Of a stretch of DNA of 64,000 bases, positions 61,375 to 64,000 are shown piece by piece. The DNA comes from Heterodontus francisci (lineage: Eukaryota). How positions within the stretch are numbered: position 1 is the first letter of the stretch; each line of letters begins with the position of its first letter. The notes under the pieces are model-generated. The model did no database searches and was not told where the DNA came from. It saw only the letters and a program-made list of their open reading frames with translations. The stretch lies in contig NC_090396.1 in the NCBI RefSeq assembly GCF_036365525.1, forward strand, positions 26,202,283 to 26,266,282, read 5' to 3'. The position numbers and the translations under genes were made by a program.

Positions 61375-61790
61375 CAAGTCTCTGAAGGCAGTGGTTCAAG
61401 CTTCACTCCAGAGACTTCAGCACAGAATCCAGGCTGACACTGCAGTTCTGTACTGAGGGAATGCGGCACTGTTAGAAGTGCTATCTTTCAGATGAGGCAT
61501 TAAACCAAGGTCCATCTGTCCTCTCAGATGGATATAGATGAAGCTATTTTGAATAAGAACAATGGTGTTTTTCGTGGTGTCCTGGTCAATATTTATTCAT
61601 TAACCAACATCATGAGAACAGATAATCTAGTCATTTTCACATTCTTGTTTGTGGGACCTTGCTGTGCACAAATTGTTGCCATGCTTCCTACATTACAACA
61701 TCAACTGCGCTTCAAGGAAGTACTTAATTAGCTGTAAAGCACTTTTGGGTGTCCTGAGGTCAAGAAAGCAGCTTTCTAAATGCCAATCAT
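61375..61790 (+). mobile_element. SacSINE1/Deu-like SINE
   Basis: B-box-like GGTTCAAG head, Deu-like core (TTTGTGGGACCTTGCTGTGCACAAATT) and an L2-like tail. Confidence 0.72.
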
Positions 61791-62536
61791 CTATTTATTT
61801 TTATTGTTCTGAAATAGGACCAAAAATCTAGGTAACAAGATAGATAAATAAATAAATTGTACGACAGCAACAACACGATTAAGTTTAACAGGAGTCACTC
61901 ATTATGGATACTGCTGTAAGTGCCTTTAGCAGTTCTGCATTCAGAATGACAGTTTCTCTTTAATACATTTGAAGTGTTGCCTTTTTAAAGCATGAACAAC
62001 GGGTTCTTTGGTCTCTGTGATGTAAATACTGTCATGTCCTACTGTTGCCTTGTAAGTATTAGACTGTTATATACTGTAACTGCTTTCATTTTCACATAAC
62101 ACCTTGTGGGCACATTTTACTGTGATCCATACAAGCCTAATTAGAAATGTTTGTGTTTAGTGATGAGGTGAAATGGAAGAGCACAGGTCTGCAGGAGAAA
62201 GTAGCACAGGGGGTGAGAAGAAAAGAAGGTGAAGTTACTCAAGTGTTAACAGTTTGGCAATGGTAAATATGGAAATTTAGGGGTGGGTGGGTGAACTAAG
62301 GCATTGCTCACTGCACCAGCTTCAGACAGCTTTTAGATCATTTTCAGTATTTCACTCCTTTAGCCCAGCAGCCGATGAAGATTAAACTGATGTACTTTTT
62401 AATGCAATTGGCCGTGAAAACCCTGTTTTCCCTTGGGTGTTCACACTTACTGCTGGTCTAACTTTGTCCGGTAAAAGTGCTGGATAGGCTATAGCAGATG
62501 CTTTGCTGTGTTTCAGTGTGCCCCTGTCATGACATT

Positions 62537-63040
62537 GAAACATAGAAAATAGGAGCAGGAGTAGGCAATTCGGCCCTTCGGGCCTGTTCCGCCATTCAAA
62601 AAAGATCATGGCTGATCGTCTAATTCAGTACCCTGCTCCCGCTTTCTCCCCCATATCCCTTGAACACCTTGGCATTAAGAAATATATCTATCTCCTTCTT
62701 GGATATATTTAATGACTTGGTCTCCACTGCCTTCTGCGGTAGAGAATTCCACAGGTTCATCACCCTCGGAGTGAAGAAATTTCTCCTCATTTCGGTTCTA
62801 AATGGCATACCCCGTATCCTGAGACTGTGAGCCCTGGTTCACGGCTCCTCAGTCATCGGGAACATCCTCCCTGCATCTAGCCTGTCTAGTTCTGTTAGAA
62901 TTTTATAGGTTTCTATGAGATCCCCTCTTAGTCTTCTAAACTCTAGTGAATATAGGCCTAGTCGACCCAATCTCTTCTCATACGTCAATCCTGCCATCCC
63001 AGGAATCAGCCTAGTAAATCTTCTTTGCACTGCCTCCATG
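62537..63040 (-). mobile_element. CR1 3' fragment
   Basis: ORFs 62620-63057 read VQRRFTRLIPGM..RRNFFTPRV, followed by a CR1 tail. Confidence 0.88.
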
Positions 63041-63419
63041 ACATGACATTGATTCACATATGCACTCGAGTCCTGTATGCATTTTGTGCCTCAATATATC
63101 ACTAGTTGATGGTGTCACAGCACAATTACATTGTTCATGAATCGTGCACATTCTGTTATGGCGACCCTGCTTTGTGCATTCCCTCAGAGCGCAATTGATC
63201 ACTGATTTACAAGAAGATTTGCAGCATGGTTTAAAGGTAAAATTGCACTCTTAGGCTGCTCTCCCAAGAACTGGCATATAGTAGAAGGACTACTCCTGTT
63301 CCATGTTGCTTACTCCTATAACTGTAATGTTAGAATCTCTTAAGGAGCTATTGAAATACAAGTCTCTTTTGACTATCCATATGCAATATTAAAAACTACA
63401 TTTCGTTTATATTTCTGAT

Positions 63420-63832
63420 TAATCTAATTTCTAATTCTGATCATGGCTTGATATTAAAATTCTCATTCTTGTATTCAAATCCCTCCAAGCCTTTCCTTAT
63501 CTCTGTTAACTTTTCCAACCCCACAACCCTGTAAGATCTCTCACTCCTCCAATTCTGCCATTTTATGTATCTCCAATTTTCATGGGTCCACCATTGGCGG
63601 CCATGCCTTCAACTGCCTAGGCCTCTAACTCTGGAATTTCTTCCCTAAACCTCTCCGTCCCTTGACCTCTCTTTCCTGCTTTAAGCTGCTCCATAAAACT
63701 TAGCTCTTTGACCAAGCTATTGGTCATCTGCCCTAAAATTCCCTTCAATGACTCGGAGTTGGAATTTGTCTGATAAGGCTTCCTTGAAGCACTTGGGGAT
63801 GTTTTACTACATTAAAGGTTCTATGTAAATGT
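63420..63832 (+). mobile_element. L2-like LINE 3' end
   Basis: Homologous to 25545-26365, with tail CTACATTAAAGGTTCTATGTAAATG. Confidence 0.6.
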
Positions 63833-64000
63833 TATTTATTTATTTAGAGATACAGCACTGAAACAGGCTCTTCGGCCCACCGAGTCTGCGCCGACCATCA
63901 ACCACCCATTTTATACTAATCCTACATTAATCCCATAATCCCTACCACATCCCCACAATTCTCCTACCACCTACCTACACTGGGGGCAATTTACAATGGC
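63833..64000 (-). mobile_element. HE1-like SINE, 3' part (runs off the window)
   Basis: Matches 25900-26070. Confidence 0.88.

Noticed and set aside
1-64000. CRISPR array, operon or other prokaryotic system
   Set aside because: There are no regularly spaced direct repeats and no gene-dense organisation. The sequence is vertebrate repeat-rich DNA.

Overview
This is eukaryotic, repeat-dense vertebrate DNA, most likely from a cartilaginous fish (shark), judged from HE1-like V-SINEs, SacSINE1/Deu-like SINEs and abundant CR1. I could not support any host protein-coding exon. Almost every ORF in the track is a transposon remnant or a spurious ORF in a GC-rich repeat. The window holds CR1 LINEs (one 5'-truncated copy with an uninterrupted RT frame and one near-full-length decayed copy with a SGNH-esterase ORF1), a second CR1-group LINE, RTE and L2-like fragments, and three SINE families. 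It also holds Penelope-like elements (PLEs) with 13-15 bp target-site duplications (TSDs) and minimal hammerhead-ribozyme motifs, an internally deleted Gypsy provirus, solo LTRs, and a decayed PIF/Harbinger system. That system comprises a DDE transposase, two intron-containing Myb/SANT genes and about nine GC-rich, multi-hairpin MITEs, most with 3-bp TSDs. The most notable items are the multi-hairpin MITE architecture with a conserved 5' splice site, the hammerhead motifs, a 9-kb nested insertion stack inside one MITE, a micro-inversion of the endonuclease GDFN motif, and a 175-bp inverted duplication. Family names come from motif recognition by eye, not database searches. Boundaries without a TSD are approximate.
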